A stretch of DNA of 64,000 nucleotides from a virus (Duplodnaviria > Heunggongvirae > Uroviricota > Caudoviricetes), in the IMG/VR virus record IMGVR_UViG_3300049825_000338, positions 20,600 through 84,599 of that record; one strand, given 5' to 3'. The position numbers were made by a program, and so were the translations under genes. Positions 17,613 through 26,600 of the stretch are shown piece after piece (within the stretch, counting starts at the first letter, position 1; each line of letters begins with the position of its first letter). The notes beneath the pieces were generated by a model. That model was not told the origin of the DNA, did not search any database, and saw nothing but the letters and a program-made list of their open reading frames with translations.

Positions 17613-18457
17613 TAGTAATCGTCGTCCTCATCTTCCCGATCTTCGTACTCGCTGTCATCGTAACCCCAACCGTCATCGTCGTCTTCTTCAGACCACACAG
17701 CTGGCCAGATGTAGACCTCTGCGACTTCTTGCTTGATCTCACCTACAACCTCGTAGCGCCACGTGCGGCCCTTGCTGTAGTTGTAATCGTCCGGAATGGA
17801 TACGACATCGGCGGGATTGATCTTCACAACCATCACGCGTGCCCCGCCAAAGCTCTTCAGGTAGTTCTTAGAGCAGAAGTGCAGACCAGTTGAGCAGTGG
17901 TTGCGTCGATTGTCATCCACCTCTCCCCGATTCATCTGAACCGTCTGGCCGATGCTGTTGTCGATCGTTCCGGTGTAGCAGTCGGTGTAGTCATCATGGA
18001 CCTTCTTGAAGGCCAAGAAGTGCCCGTCAGGAGTGATCGGAAGACCAGCAACCTCCAGGAAGTCGTACAACTCGTCACGAGCCGCTACGAACGGGTTGCG
18101 GTACAGATTGGTTATGAACTTGACCCACGCCGCAACGTCCAGACCTTCGTTGATGATTTGGAGTACTCGGTCGGTGAGCGTTGTGTGGACTGGCTCGCCG
18201 TCGTAGTAAACACCGCTGGTGGTTACCGTCAGTTCACCCTCAGGCAAGAGGATCATCGTGTCAGGCAGGCTGCTAAAGGCATCAGCGATGCTCTTGGCTG
18301 GACTGGCCAGCCCGACTAGGTATTCGATGTCCGGGTTCGGGTTACGCAGCGCTTCTAGAGCGTTCTCGAACGCCATCGTACCGGTTTCGATCGAGTGGCT
18401 GTTAAAGTCGTTGTCAAAGAACGTGAGAGTGTTCGATGTGAGGAGATAGTTGATCAT
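17612..18457 (-). CDS. hypothetical protein with poly-acidic C-terminal tail
   Basis: ORF; TAATG stop/start overlap with rsr-like gene; tail EEDDDDGWGYDDSEYEDREDEDDDY. Confidence 0.5.
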   Translation of the reverse strand: MINYLLTSNTLTFFDNDFNSHSIETGTMAFENALEALRNPNPDIEYLVGLASPAKSIADAFSSLPDTMILLPEGELTVTTSGVYYDGEPVHTTLTDRVLQIINEGLDVAAWVKFITNLYRNPFVAARDELYDFLEVAGLPITPDGHFLAFKKVHDDYTDCYTGTIDNSIGQTVQMNRGEVDDNRRNHCSTGLHFCSKNYLKSFGGARVMVVKINPADVVSIPDDYNYSKGRTWRYEVVGEIKQEVAEVYIWPAVWSEEDDDDGWGYDDSEYEDREDEDDDY

Positions 18458-18489
18458 TTGAAAGTTCCTTCCCTTTGTTAATAGATAGC

Positions 18490-20472
18490 TTACTGGCTGA
18501 CTTGGTTTGTGACAACTTGATTGAGAGAATTTTTCCAGGCGATGTACGCAGCCACCTCGTCATCGTGACCGTTGCTGAACAGAAGCGGATAAGTGTTATG
18601 GATGGTGGACAGTACTTCCTTGGACATCGTGTCCACGTCCCAGTAATTCACCATAAATCCTGCGAATCGGTCATCATCTTCACCAAGATCGCTGAAGATT
18701 GGGTGATCCATCACTGTTTCCAGTAGCGCCGGATACCGGTCAAGCTGTGCAACAACCTGCGACCTTGCCCTATGACGAAGAACCACGTCCTTGTATTTCT
18801 CTGACGTAGCGCTGAGCGCCTCACTCCAGTGACGACTTTCTGGTAGACCCAGCTTCCTCACCTCGGCTGGTGTGTAGTGCTTGACCTCTAGAGTTGGGTG
18901 GTCGATACTAAGAACGTTCCACTCCGAACCTGACGGGCTGTCCTGGTGACGTTTGCTGCGACTCTGGTTGGCCCAAAAAAGGTCAGGGTTACTCAAATCA
19001 AACGTCGGTTTAGGACGCTTAGGTGTCGTGGATGCCTGACGAACCTCCTTTGGCTTCTTGGGTAGGTCGTCAAAGTTGATGATATTCTCATCCGGAATAC
19101 GCGCCTCGGTCTTAATCTTGTCCATATCACTATGCGAGCCAACCAGCAAAAAATCATCTCTATGGCGAGAAGATGGATAGTTGAACGTGAGAGTGGTGCG
19201 TACTCCCTTACTTCCTGTTGGAATGACAATGAACTTGTGCCGCAGACGTCGTTCGATATAGACTCTGTGATCACAAGGTACGGAGTAGGTCGGGAACACC
19301 GGACCCTTGGTAAATCGACTAGCGTAGGTAGGATCATGGTCAAGCGCCACATCAATACTATCGATCAAAGGGGCACCACGGTAATTGAACGTGTTACGGG
19401 CCAGACCAAAGTTCTGTACTGTGTCGTACCAGTAGAACGATGCGTCTACGACTGAGCTACAGGCGTCCAATTTGTCTTGAATGTGGCTGATCACCGAAGC
19501 ACGAGCGTCAGTGATGGCATCCCGAACCGCTACGATGCTCTGCTCATCGTATGAGAAGTCTTCACGAGAGGCCGTCACGTCGATCGACCCAATCGGAACA
19601 TCAATGACCACAGCAATTCTGTGCACTCGCAAAGAGTTTTGAAGAACCGAACTCTTTGAAATTGGGTAGATCACGCAACCTTGACGAATGTACGTGCCCT
19701 CATCCAACTCAGACGTTGCCAGCAATATCCGAACGTTGTCGACGTGCAGAATCTCTTCCGGCTCTGCAAAGTTCATGCCTTCGACAGCTGGCACAGGAAA
19801 GAACCCGTTAAGAAAGCGTCGTGCTGCTCGTGCAAACTCGTGATAGTCGCCGTGCTTGATTGAAAGCTTCACCTCGACACCTTGTGGCTCCGAGCAGTCC
19901 TCTTCACCCGCAAGCGTCAGCGCCGGAACGCCGCTGTTTTCGATGAACGCCAAGTAACTGCGTACTCGCGTTCCGTCGTAGCAACGAATCGCAAACTGAT
20001 CGGTGTAGGAGAAAGGCGACTTAGAGCCGAGACCGAGCATACCTACCTGGTCGTTGGTGCTTTCCTTTGACGAGCCAAACAACGTTGTGTACAGCGTGGT
20101 CACGGTCTCGTGATCCATGCCGGTGCCGAAGTCGCGAACACCGAACACAGGATTTAGTGCTGTAGGAACTGTAACCTCGAACGGCACGTCAGCCTTGCCT
20201 GCGGCTACGTGCGAGTCGAATGCGTTAGAGCACAATTCTCGCACGATTGCGCCAGGCTTGTCAGAGTAAAGCTTGTCCACGAGTGTGCGGAAGGCCTTAC
20301 CGTTCGCTTCAATCGTGAATGACTTCACGGTTCCGGTCATGTTCGACTCAAGAACGGTGGTGTCTGCGTTGCGGGGGATCATGATGTGACCTCTTCTGTC
20401 AGGTTGAACTGAGCGTAGTAGGGTGATGTGTCGTGAACTTTTCCTTCGGGACCGAAGACGCCATAGCACCAT
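18490..20472 (-). CDS. GHKL-family ATPase (HSP90/MORC-like); probable start at 20382 (ATGA overlap with upstream gene)
   Basis: N-box RELCSNAFDS, G1 box VRDFGTGM, G2 box GMLGLGSKS. Confidence 0.6.
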   Translation of the reverse strand: MVLWRLRSRRKSSRHITLLRSVQPDRRGHIMIPRNADTTVLESNMTGTVKSFTIEANGKAFRTLVDKLYSDKPGAIVRELCSNAFDSHVAAGKADVPFEVTVPTALNPVFGVRDFGTGMDHETVTTLYTTLFGSSKESTNDQVGMLGLGSKSPFSYTDQFAIRCYDGTRVRSYLAFIENSGVPALTLAGEEDCSEPQGVEVKLSIKHGDYHEFARAARRFLNGFFPVPAVEGMNFAEPEEILHVDNVRILLATSELDEGTYIRQGCVIYPISKSSVLQNSLRVHRIAVVIDVPIGSIDVTASREDFSYDEQSIVAVRDAITDARASVISHIQDKLDACSSVVDASFYWYDTVQNFGLARNTFNYRGAPLIDSIDVALDHDPTYASRFTKGPVFPTYSVPCDHRVYIERRLRHKFIVIPTGSKGVRTTLTFNYPSSRHRDDFLLVGSHSDMDKIKTEARIPDENIINFDDLPKKPKEVRQASTTPKRPKPTFDLSNPDLFWANQSRSKRHQDSPSGSEWNVLSIDHPTLEVKHYTPAEVRKLGLPESRHWSEALSATSEKYKDVVLRHRARSQVVAQLDRYPALLETVMDHPIFSDLGEDDDRFAGFMVNYWDVDTMSKEVLSTIHNTYPLLFSNGHDDEVAAYIAWKNSLNQVVTNQVSQ

Positions 20473-20609
20473 CCCGTCCGGCGAGCGAGCGCCTGCGCTT
20501 CGATGATTGCCTCATCCTTGGAGTCGATCGTGCGGGCATTGAATGTGCGATAAAAGCCGTCACCGCCGTTGTCATCGGTGTAGGTGACAATCTTGATTGT
20601 GTAACTCAT
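20379..20609 (-). CDS. hypothetical small protein, first gene of the GHKL/rsr/NAD-salvage operon
   Basis: consensus leaderless promoter 20616-20644. Confidence 0.5.
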   Translation of the reverse strand: MSYTIKIVTYTDDNGGDGFYRTFNARTIDSKDEAIIEAQALARRTGWCYGVFGPEGKVHDTSPYYAQFNLTEEVTS

Positions 20610-20615
20610 AAGCTA

Positions 20616-20644
20616 AGCTTACTCTTCCTCGTTCAAGATGTCAA
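20616..20644 (-). promoter_or_regulatory. sigma-70-type leaderless promoter
   Basis: minus: TTGACA (20639-20644), 17 nt, TAAGCT (20616-20621), 6 nt, ATG 20609. Confidence 0.55.
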
Positions 20645-20671
20645 GGACTTCTTTGCGCTCAGCAAACATGG

Positions 20672-21208
20672 TCATGATGACGCCATCGTTGCGTGAGCGG
20701 TGCGCCAGGAAGTGATGCGTCGATGGTTGAAAGTCGGAACCATGCTGGCCTTGTGCTTCTTCCAGCCTGTAAACGTGTAGCTCTTGTGCTCGTAGCCTTC
20801 AACCTGAAGATCGGTGCCAATCAGGCTGTCATCCAGGTCTTTCACCTTCAGCGGCCACTTTGAGCGATAGTCCTCAACTTGCTTGCGCCACTCAACGGCG
20901 TACTGGCTACGGCCCTCGATCGACGGGCGCAGATTCCAGATGGAGTCGGGCACATCAAGTTCACCCGGACCCATGACCTCGTCCACAACCTTGACGCTGT
21001 TCCAGGTCTCACCGTACTGCTTGTATGAATGCACGAGACACACGGCGAGGCCTGTGTTCTCTTTGTGCTCGCCGTACTTGAAGATGACCCAGCAGGTCTT
21101 GTAGCCGTTCGACGATGCGCCCCACGAGCGCTTGATGATGTTTTCAGCGCCACCAAACTCTGAATTGATCAGGTCTGAGGCGTTTTGTGGTGATGCGGTC
21201 CAACCCAT
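20672..21208 (-). CDS. hypothetical protein
   Basis: ORF with consensus leaderless promoter. Confidence 0.5.
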   Translation of the reverse strand: MGWTASPQNASDLINSEFGGAENIIKRSWGASSNGYKTCWVIFKYGEHKENTGLAVCLVHSYKQYGETWNSVKVVDEVMGPGELDVPDSIWNLRPSIEGRSQYAVEWRKQVEDYRSKWPLKVKDLDDSLIGTDLQVEGYEHKSYTFTGWKKHKASMVPTFNHRRITSWRTAHATMASS

Positions 21209-21214
21209 GAGTTA

Positions 21215-21243
21215 AGTATGCGCCTTTGTTAGAGGAAAGTCAA
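21215..21243 (-). promoter_or_regulatory. sigma-70-type leaderless promoter with upstream palindrome-like site
   Basis: minus: TTGACT (21238-21243), 17 nt, CATACT (21215-21220), 6 nt, ATG 21208; TGACCTACGTCAC at 21256-21268. Confidence 0.55.
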
Positions 21244-21295
21244 GAAGTTTGTGTATGACCTACGTCACACCTCGTGCTTACAACATTTGAACATA

Positions 21296-21730
21296 TCAGT
21301 CATGAAAAATCGCTCCCGTTGTCCGAGACAGGTAATCACCCGTCAAAACAAACTTCTCGTACATATCCATGATTGCCCGCTCCGGGACAACTCGCTCACG
21401 TGCGGTGTTGCGAGCCAGGCACAGAGCAAGGGGCGTATCGAAGACGTGATAGGACACTCTTGCTTCCCGTGCAAGCGCCAAGTTACGCAGGTCGGAGCGA
21501 ACCTTAGGTGACAGGTTCGTGTCCGCACTGACGACCGTAGACCCGTTAGAGATGGCGTCGGCAATTCGTTGGTTACGAATCGCAACAACCTTTTTCTCAT
21601 CACGAGGCCAAACGGCGTCAATCTCTTCGCGTATATCGTCCCGTGTGACGGTCAAATATCCAGTCGTCTCCGCCCACGTTGACTTGCCGCTCGCTGGCAG
21701 TCCGATCGTAATTATCAGATGTCCCGGCAT
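21296..21730 (-). CDS. polynucleotide 5'-kinase (T4 Pnk kinase-domain-like)
   Basis: IITIGLPASGKSTW P-loop, RDD, VVSADTNLSP, HVFDTP, blockwise like T4 PNK N-terminal kinase domain. Confidence 0.7.
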   Translation of the reverse strand: MPGHLIITIGLPASGKSTWAETTGYLTVTRDDIREEIDAVWPRDEKKVVAIRNQRIADAISNGSTVVSADTNLSPKVRSDLRNLALAREARVSYHVFDTPLALCLARNTARERVVPERAIMDMYEKFVLTGDYLSRTTGAIFHD

Positions 21731-21986
21731 CTGCGGTCTCCTCTGCGTCTTGTATCGCTAGCTGAAGTGTTTTGGCAAGCGATGTTGTTGTTGAAATTGG
21801 ATCGTGATCTATCAAAGATAGATCGTCATTCGTTGTGAAATCTGAAAGAAACGCCAAATTAATCAATGGCGGGGTAAGGCGAGTCAGGATGGCCACAAGC
21901 ATCGAAGCTTCTTCAATCGTCATTGTAACCGATACGTTGTAGCCGTCAATAACTACATGCGTTCGATGCTCGGTTTTGTGCTGCAT
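21618..21986 (-). CDS. hypothetical protein
   Basis: ORF only; overlaps the kinase gene by 113 nt, so the reading or start may be wrong. Confidence 0.3.
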   Translation of the reverse strand: MQHKTEHRTHVVIDGYNVSVTMTIEEASMLVAILTRLTPPLINLAFLSDFTTNDDLSLIDHDPISTTTSLAKTLQLAIQDAEETADAGTSDNYDRTASERQVNVGGDDWIFDRHTGRYTRRD

Positions 21987-22140
21987 CAGCGACCATCCAA
22001 GCCAACAAATGGCTGGTTTGTCTCGTCATCGGTAAAGAAGCCGATCGTGTGAAGAAGTCCTTCGGCACCAAGGTAAACCTCAGCTACTCCATAGCCCTCA
22101 TCTTGAATTGCCTGCAACTTGAAGATCAACTCGTTCACTG

Positions 22141-22623
22141 TCATGGCTTGCCTTTCTTTGGTCTACCAAGGTGAATACCTTTGGCTTTTGCTGCGGCCAT
22201 ACCGGCCTTCGTGCGTTCTACGATGATCTCTCGCTCAAACTCTGCAACAGCCGAGAGAATTCCCGCTACTAGCTTACCGACCGGTGTGCCCAAATCAACC
22301 TGAAGATCAAGAACGCTGAGAGACCAGCCGTTGCCCTGGAACTCTTCCAGAAGAGTGGCAAAGTCCTTGACTGAGCGCGACAACCGATCAAGCTTGGCAA
22401 CCACAACCCCGTCTGCCTCTCCACGGCGAAGCATAGACAGCGCCCTCTGTAGCTCAGGGCGAGCCTCAGCACTTTTGCCCGAGGCGGCTTCGGTAATGTG
22501 ACCAACGATGTCGTGCTCATTCAACTGACTCCAGAGTCCAATCTTATGCCACTGTGCGTCGAGACCGTGGCCATCCTCGGCTTGGTCGAACGTTGAGACT
22601 CGCGTGTAAGCAATATAGCGCAC
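22141..22623 (-). CDS. serine recombinase (resolvase/invertase) catalytic domain, lacks HTH domain
   Basis: YIAYTRVSTFDQ with catalytic Ser, ends at GRPKKGKP where HTH normally begins. Confidence 0.6.
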   Translation of the reverse strand: MRYIAYTRVSTFDQAEDGHGLDAQWHKIGLWSQLNEHDIVGHITEAASGKSAEARPELQRALSMLRRGEADGVVVAKLDRLSRSVKDFATLLEEFQGNGWSLSVLDLQVDLGTPVGKLVAGILSAVAEFEREIIVERTKAGMAAAKAKGIHLGRPKKGKP

Positions 22624-22774
22624 TAAACGATGTCCTCGTTGCCGATTAGGACGTAGCCGTCTTCGATCACGATGTACTCAACGGGAAAGTCCCTGTAGAA
22701 GTTACCCATAAAGACCTCGACGTTACCTATTGCGTACTTGATCTGCCATAATGCCTGGATTGCGTCATCAATGG

Positions 22775-23053
22775 TCATGGACGCACGCCCATCACTTCAG
22801 CTGCGGACAACAACTCCCAACGGATAGCGTCAAACGAGACCACCACGGTATTGGTCTTGCCGCGAGCCTCGTTGGCTGCTGTATTGCACGCAGGAAACGA
22901 CTGGCCCCACTCGCTGTAGTCCACAAAGAACTCGGCAGTTGCGCCGCAGCGAGCATTCTCGTGCAGGCCTCCGTGATTCAGGACGCACTTTGCCTGCCCT
23001 GTGATGGCTGTGATCAGGAGAGCGGTCTTGTTGAGCGACTCGTTGTTGTTCAT
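22775..23053 (-). CDS. hypothetical protein
   Basis: consensus leaderless promoter 23060-23088. Confidence 0.5.
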   Translation of the reverse strand: MNNNESLNKTALLITAITGQAKCVLNHGGLHENARCGATAEFFVDYSEWGQSFPACNTAANEARGKTNTVVVSFDAIRWELLSAAEVMGVRP

Positions 23054-23059
23054 GAGGTA

Positions 23060-23088
23060 AGCTTACTCCAGTTGTGTGAGAGTGTCAA
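23060..23088 (-). promoter_or_regulatory. sigma-70-type leaderless promoter
   Basis: minus: TTGACA (23083-23088), 17 nt, TAAGCT (23060-23065), 6 nt, ATG. Confidence 0.55.
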
Positions 23089-23456
23089 GAAGAATCTTTG
23101 ATCCAATTACCAAACAGTTCCATTTCTTCGTCATTACGCAACACACCTAGCTTGCGAAGACGGAAAAATTGTTCGTGTGAAAGAAACGAGGCAGCCGTCT
23201 CAAACGTTTGGCCGTCATAATCTGGGTAATATCCTCCAACGGTGCATGACAGGTCTTGATTGCAGTTGTAGTCGAACTCATCGTTGACGAAGGCCTCAAT
23301 CAGTGGTCGCATGGCCGTAAAGTCGCAGGAGCGCACCATATCGTGCGCTTCATGCAGCCCAAGATTCGTTACCTCCCGTAGGTACTTGATTGCCAGAACG
23401 CGTTGGCCGTGAATTGTCTCCTCAATGATCGCCAGCAAATGCTCAGCGGCAGTCAT
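23085..23456 (-). CDS. protein with ribosomal L7/L12 C-terminal-like segment
   Basis: LAIKYLREVTNLGLHEAHDMVRS resembles L7/L12 CTD ([22 protein letters not shown]). Confidence 0.4.
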   Translation of the reverse strand: MTAAEHLLAIIEETIHGQRVLAIKYLREVTNLGLHEAHDMVRSCDFTAMRPLIEAFVNDEFDYNCNQDLSCTVGGYYPDYDGQTFETAASFLSHEQFFRLRKLGVLRNDEEMELFGNWIKDSS

Positions 23457-23677
23457 CAGTCAGCGTCCAAAGCCGTGAGAAACTGAACCTCGGCCATCGT
23501 CAGATGGCGCTGTGCAGCTTCTAAATGCTCAGCGTTGCCGGTGCTCTGGAACCTCCACACGGATGTCATGGCAGAAACGGCGCTGCGCTCAGCGTCAGGA
23601 TTACCAACCCTCAAGGAAGCGAGACGGTAGGTGCGTGCGTCACGCTCAAGCTTTGCTGCGGTCTGTGTAATGTTCAT
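23456..23677 (-). CDS. hypothetical protein
   Basis: consensus leaderless promoter 23684-23712. Confidence 0.5.
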   Translation of the reverse strand: MNITQTAAKLERDARTYRLASLRVGNPDAERSAVSAMTSVWRFQSTGNAEHLEAAQRHLTMAEVQFLTALDAD

Positions 23678-23680
23678 GGC

Positions 23681-23818
23681 CTAAGTATGCGCCTTCTCTG
23701 AGAGGATGTCAAGAGATTTCTTTGACATCTGGATGCGAGCAGTCACAGCGTCTGTAGACGGATGGCTCCAAACATCAAGTTGGGCGGTTCTTGGGGGAAG
23801 AGTAGGGACGTAACTCAT
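23681..23818 (-). CDS. possible 45-aa micro-ORF (not in ORF track)
   Basis: ATG 7 nt after the TATGAT of promoter 23826-23854. Confidence 0.3.
   Translation of the reverse strand: MSYVPTLPPRTAQLDVWSHPSTDAVTARIQMSKKSLDILSEKAHT
23684..23712 (-). promoter_or_regulatory. sigma-70-type leaderless promoter inside an inverted repeat
   Basis: minus: TTGACA (23707-23712), 17 nt, CATACT (23684-23689); -35 lies in the inverted repeat ATGTCAAGAGA / TCTTTGACAT. Confidence 0.55.
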
Positions 23819-23825
23819 AAAGACA

Positions 23826-23854
23826 ATCATAAGCTTTGTGCAAGCAACTGTCAA
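23826..23854 (-). promoter_or_regulatory. sigma-70-type promoter with upstream palindrome
   Basis: minus: TCTTGACA (23849-23854), 17 nt, TATGAT (23826-23831); GTGACGTTCGTCAC at 23866-23879. Confidence 0.5.
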
Positions 23855-23875
23855 GAGGCGAGTATGTGACGTTCG

Positions 23876-24148
23876 TCACGTTGTCTTGTCGTTGTGCCAT
23901 TCGGTGAAACGGTCGTACTTTACTTCCGAACGAGACGTGACCACATCCTGGCTCATGTCATGAGTATCCATCACAAACGAAATGGCTGCCAACACGTCAG
24001 CAGATTCCTCCTCAAGACGCTGCTTGAGAAGTTTCGGATTGTCATCCGGATGATCGCCCAGACCGTAAGCAAGCACCTTGCCGACCACCTGAAGAAGCTC
24101 TCCGCACTCTTCAACCAGCTTAGCCATGCCGTTGTTGCTCATCGTCAT
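23876..24148 (-). CDS. mazG: MazG-like nucleotide pyrophosphohydrolase
   Basis: VEECGELLQ and RLEEESADVL (EExxD/E) motifs in a 90-aa all-alpha protein. Confidence 0.6.
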   Translation of the reverse strand: MTMSNNGMAKLVEECGELLQVVGKVLAYGLGDHPDDNPKLLKQRLEEESADVLAAISFVMDTHDMSQDVVTSRSEVKYDRFTEWHNDKTT

Positions 24149-24420
24149 ATCGCTGGACTCTCATTCAGGCTGTTCTTGAACATTCGATACAGATCGTAAA
24201 TCTCTTTGCAAGACGGACACACAGGCATGCCTTCGGCATTCTTAGACGGAACCCACGTGTAGCCACACAGCGCCTCTATCGGGAATCCGGAGATGCGCGC
24301 CTCTAGCACGAGACCAGCGGCCGATTGTCCTGGTTTAGTGCGAACGATGTGAGCGCACTTAGCTGGATCGGCCGTCGTTGTTTCTTCAACAGTTGGTGCT
24401 TCAAGAAGTGCTGTACTCAC
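24145..24420 (-). CDS. hypothetical Cys-containing protein (possible Zn ribbon)
   Basis: CGYTW...CPSC. Confidence 0.4.
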   Translation of the reverse strand: MSTALLEAPTVEETTTADPAKCAHIVRTKPGQSAAGLVLEARISGFPIEALCGYTWVPSKNAEGMPVCPSCKEIYDLYRMFKNSLNESPAI

Positions 24421-24562
24421 TGGTCCTCGGTCATAGTAGTGCGTCTCGCCCTGTCCACTTTGATCAACGTAGAGAGGATATCGGCTGCATCTTCGAGCGG
24501 TTCACTCCACTTCCACGAGAACTTCCTGGCCTCTTTGGCCGCTCTCCAAAGAAGTTCTGTGC

Positions 24563-24898
24563 TCATAAGACAAGATTTCCGGTTTCTGTAAGTTCGTAGG
24601 TGCCTGGTAGTGTTCCCCAGTAGTCAAAGTCATCAGATAGACGTTTCGTCCACGCTTTGGTGTACTCACATCGAAGCAAAGCGTCAGGGCCAGCAAGGCG
24701 TTCGCAAATCGGGTGTTGAATGACCCACCCGTCTCTGTCGATATCAATCATATGATGCCTGTCACGAAGTACGACTAATAAGTGGTCTGCGTCGGTAATT
24801 ACGTCTTCCTGGTCGTGTCCTGTTGCAATGAGAATCTGCTGAAGACGGCTAAAAGCGTCAACAAGATAACTAAACGACTGTGGCTCCGGACTCGTCAT
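24563..24898 (-). CDS. hypothetical protein
   Basis: ORF, start overlaps the phosphatase stop. Confidence 0.4.
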   Translation of the reverse strand: MTSPEPQSFSYLVDAFSRLQQILIATGHDQEDVITDADHLLVVLRDRHHMIDIDRDGWVIQHPICERLAGPDALLRCEYTKAWTKRLSDDFDYWGTLPGTYELTETGNLVL

Positions 24899-25572
24899 TA
24901 GACCATCACCGTTGTGAACGTGTAATTATCCGGTGCGCCCTTGCTCTCACAAAGATCAGCTAACCGAGCGTTGACGGCTTGCGGAGTGCGTTCGCTGTCA
25001 CGAATAACCTCCTCAATCTCCGTGTCGGTTGAATAGTTGAAGAGACCGTCAGTCGCCAAGATAAGCAATTCGCCGTCATGAAGTTCTAGGCCTCCATGAT
25101 GACCTACCTCCATAAGATAGCCGAGGCATGACGTCAAAATGCCGTTATGATCTTCGTGATCCTGTGTCAGCCGCATCAGAACATCATGATCGGTGTAGAT
25201 ATAGATGCGCGAGTCTCCCGCCCACGCAACGTCAAGAACATTAGTCTCGCTGAGACGAGCAATGACCATAGTCGTGCCAGGAAACCCAGTCAGGCGTCCG
25301 TGAGGGTTCAGCTTCTCAACCTCTGCATTCGCCTGCTGCACAACAAACTCCAAATCAGCTTGGGCGTCATTCGTCATTATCATCCACGTAGATGCTGCTG
25401 CATCTTGGCTGGCGACGTCCCCCTGCGGGTGACCGCCTAGACCATCAAACACCGCCCACCAGCGAGCACCGCTACAGTGTGAATCCTCTTGCGCCTGACG
25501 TCGTTGGCCAATGGCGGTTGTTGTGTGGTAAATCACAACATGAAGTCTACGACGGACGACCGATTCCGACAA
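24898..25572 (-). CDS. PP2C-family Ser/Thr protein phosphatase
   Basis: WAVFDGLGGH, DGLFN, C-terminal DN motif typical of PPM/SpoIIE phosphatases. Confidence 0.7.
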   Translation of the reverse strand: MSESVVRRRLHVVIYHTTTAIGQRRQAQEDSHCSGARWWAVFDGLGGHPQGDVASQDAAASTWMIMTNDAQADLEFVVQQANAEVEKLNPHGRLTGFPGTTMVIARLSETNVLDVAWAGDSRIYIYTDHDVLMRLTQDHEDHNGILTSCLGYLMEVGHHGGLELHDGELLILATDGLFNYSTDTEIEEVIRDSERTPQAVNARLADLCESKGAPDNYTFTTVMV

Positions 25573-26005
25573 CTTTTTCCCAACGAACTTTGGAAATTTT
25601 TACAACAGAACCGCTATTTGGGGCATGCACCATTTGATCATTACCTATGTAGAGCGCTACGTGATGATTGAATAGGAGCAGGTCACCCGGACGAGCATCC
25701 GATTTGGCAACGTGCTTTACGGCGTTATACTGTCTTCGAGATTGGTGTGGTAATGACACTCCCGCTTCGCCCCATGCGTACTTGGTGAGACCTGAGCAGT
25801 CGAACGCCTTCCCGGGAGACTCAGCGGCGAAGCGGTAATGCACACCGAGCTGGCTGAGTGCTGCCTGAACAGCAATATCAGCTTTAGAAGTGCTGCGAAT
25901 CTCAGACGACTCACTCTTTACCAATAGGTCATTTGGATCATTTGGAAGCTGGCAAGCCGACAGAGAAACGAGCGCGACAAGGCCGATAAGGGATTGTTTG
26001 AGCAT
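25547..26005 (-). CDS. NlpC/P60 family cell-wall peptidase lipoprotein
   Basis: lipobox LSAC; FDCSGLTKYAW (catalytic Cys), HHVALYIG (His). Confidence 0.75.
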   Translation of the reverse strand: MLKQSLIGLVALVSLSACQLPNDPNDLLVKSESSEIRSTSKADIAVQAALSQLGVHYRFAAESPGKAFDCSGLTKYAWGEAGVSLPHQSRRQYNAVKHVAKSDARPGDLLLFNHHVALYIGNDQMVHAPNSGSVVKISKVRWEKVVGIGRPS

Positions 26006-26084
26006 TCACTACTCTACCACACTTCTGTAACAATTGTAACATTCAGAGGAGAAGACTTACTTCGGCTATACTTAAAGGAGTCAA

Positions 26085-26336
26085 ATGAATAAGATTGCTC
26101 CCTCTAAACCTTCAATTGTTGTGCTGTCGCTAGGCGTGGTGGCTACGCTACTTTACACGAAAGCGTTATCACCTGAAGTAACTACACCAATGCTTACAAT
26201 GATTATTGGGTATGCCGTGGGTAAAGATGAGAATCCTCCGGTAGCAGCACCAAAAATTCCTAAGACGGAAGCAACTATAGCTTCCTCGGAATCATCTAGA
26301 CCAGTTGCTCCAATAGGTAAGGGTAACAGTCAGTAA
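26085..26336 (+). CDS. small membrane protein (holin-like candidate), plus strand
   Basis: strong SD AAAGGAG 8 nt upstream, hydrophobic segment, divergent from peptidase gene. Confidence 0.45.
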   Translation: MNKIAPSKPSIVVLSLGVVATLLYTKALSPEVTTPMLTMIIGYAVGKDENPPVAAPKIPKTEATIASSESSRPVAPIGKGNSQ

Positions 26337-26590
26337 AATCTGATCACGTTGTCGTCATCACCGACGTTAACGACCTCTGTAATTCCTTCGATGCGCGATA
26401 TCAAAATTCGTTCTATACCCTCTTTCAGGGTAACAGCACTGAGTGAACATCCTACGCAGGCACCAAGCAACTCTACCGTTACAACTCCAGTATCCTCGTC
26501 CACTGACACAAGCGTCATATCTCCGCCGTCCATCTGAAGGGCGGGGCGGATGACTTCGATGGTCTCTTCAACTCGTTCGGTGAGTGTCAT
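26330..26590 (-). CDS. NifU-like (Nfu) Fe-S cluster domain protein
   Basis: IRPALQMDGGDMTLVSVD...GACVGCSLS...TLK pattern of NifU C-terminal domain. Confidence 0.6.
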   Translation of the reverse strand: MTLTERVEETIEVIRPALQMDGGDMTLVSVDEDTGVVTVELLGACVGCSLSAVTLKEGIERILISRIEGITEVVNVGDDDNVIRFY

Positions 26591-26600
26591 ACTTCCAATA

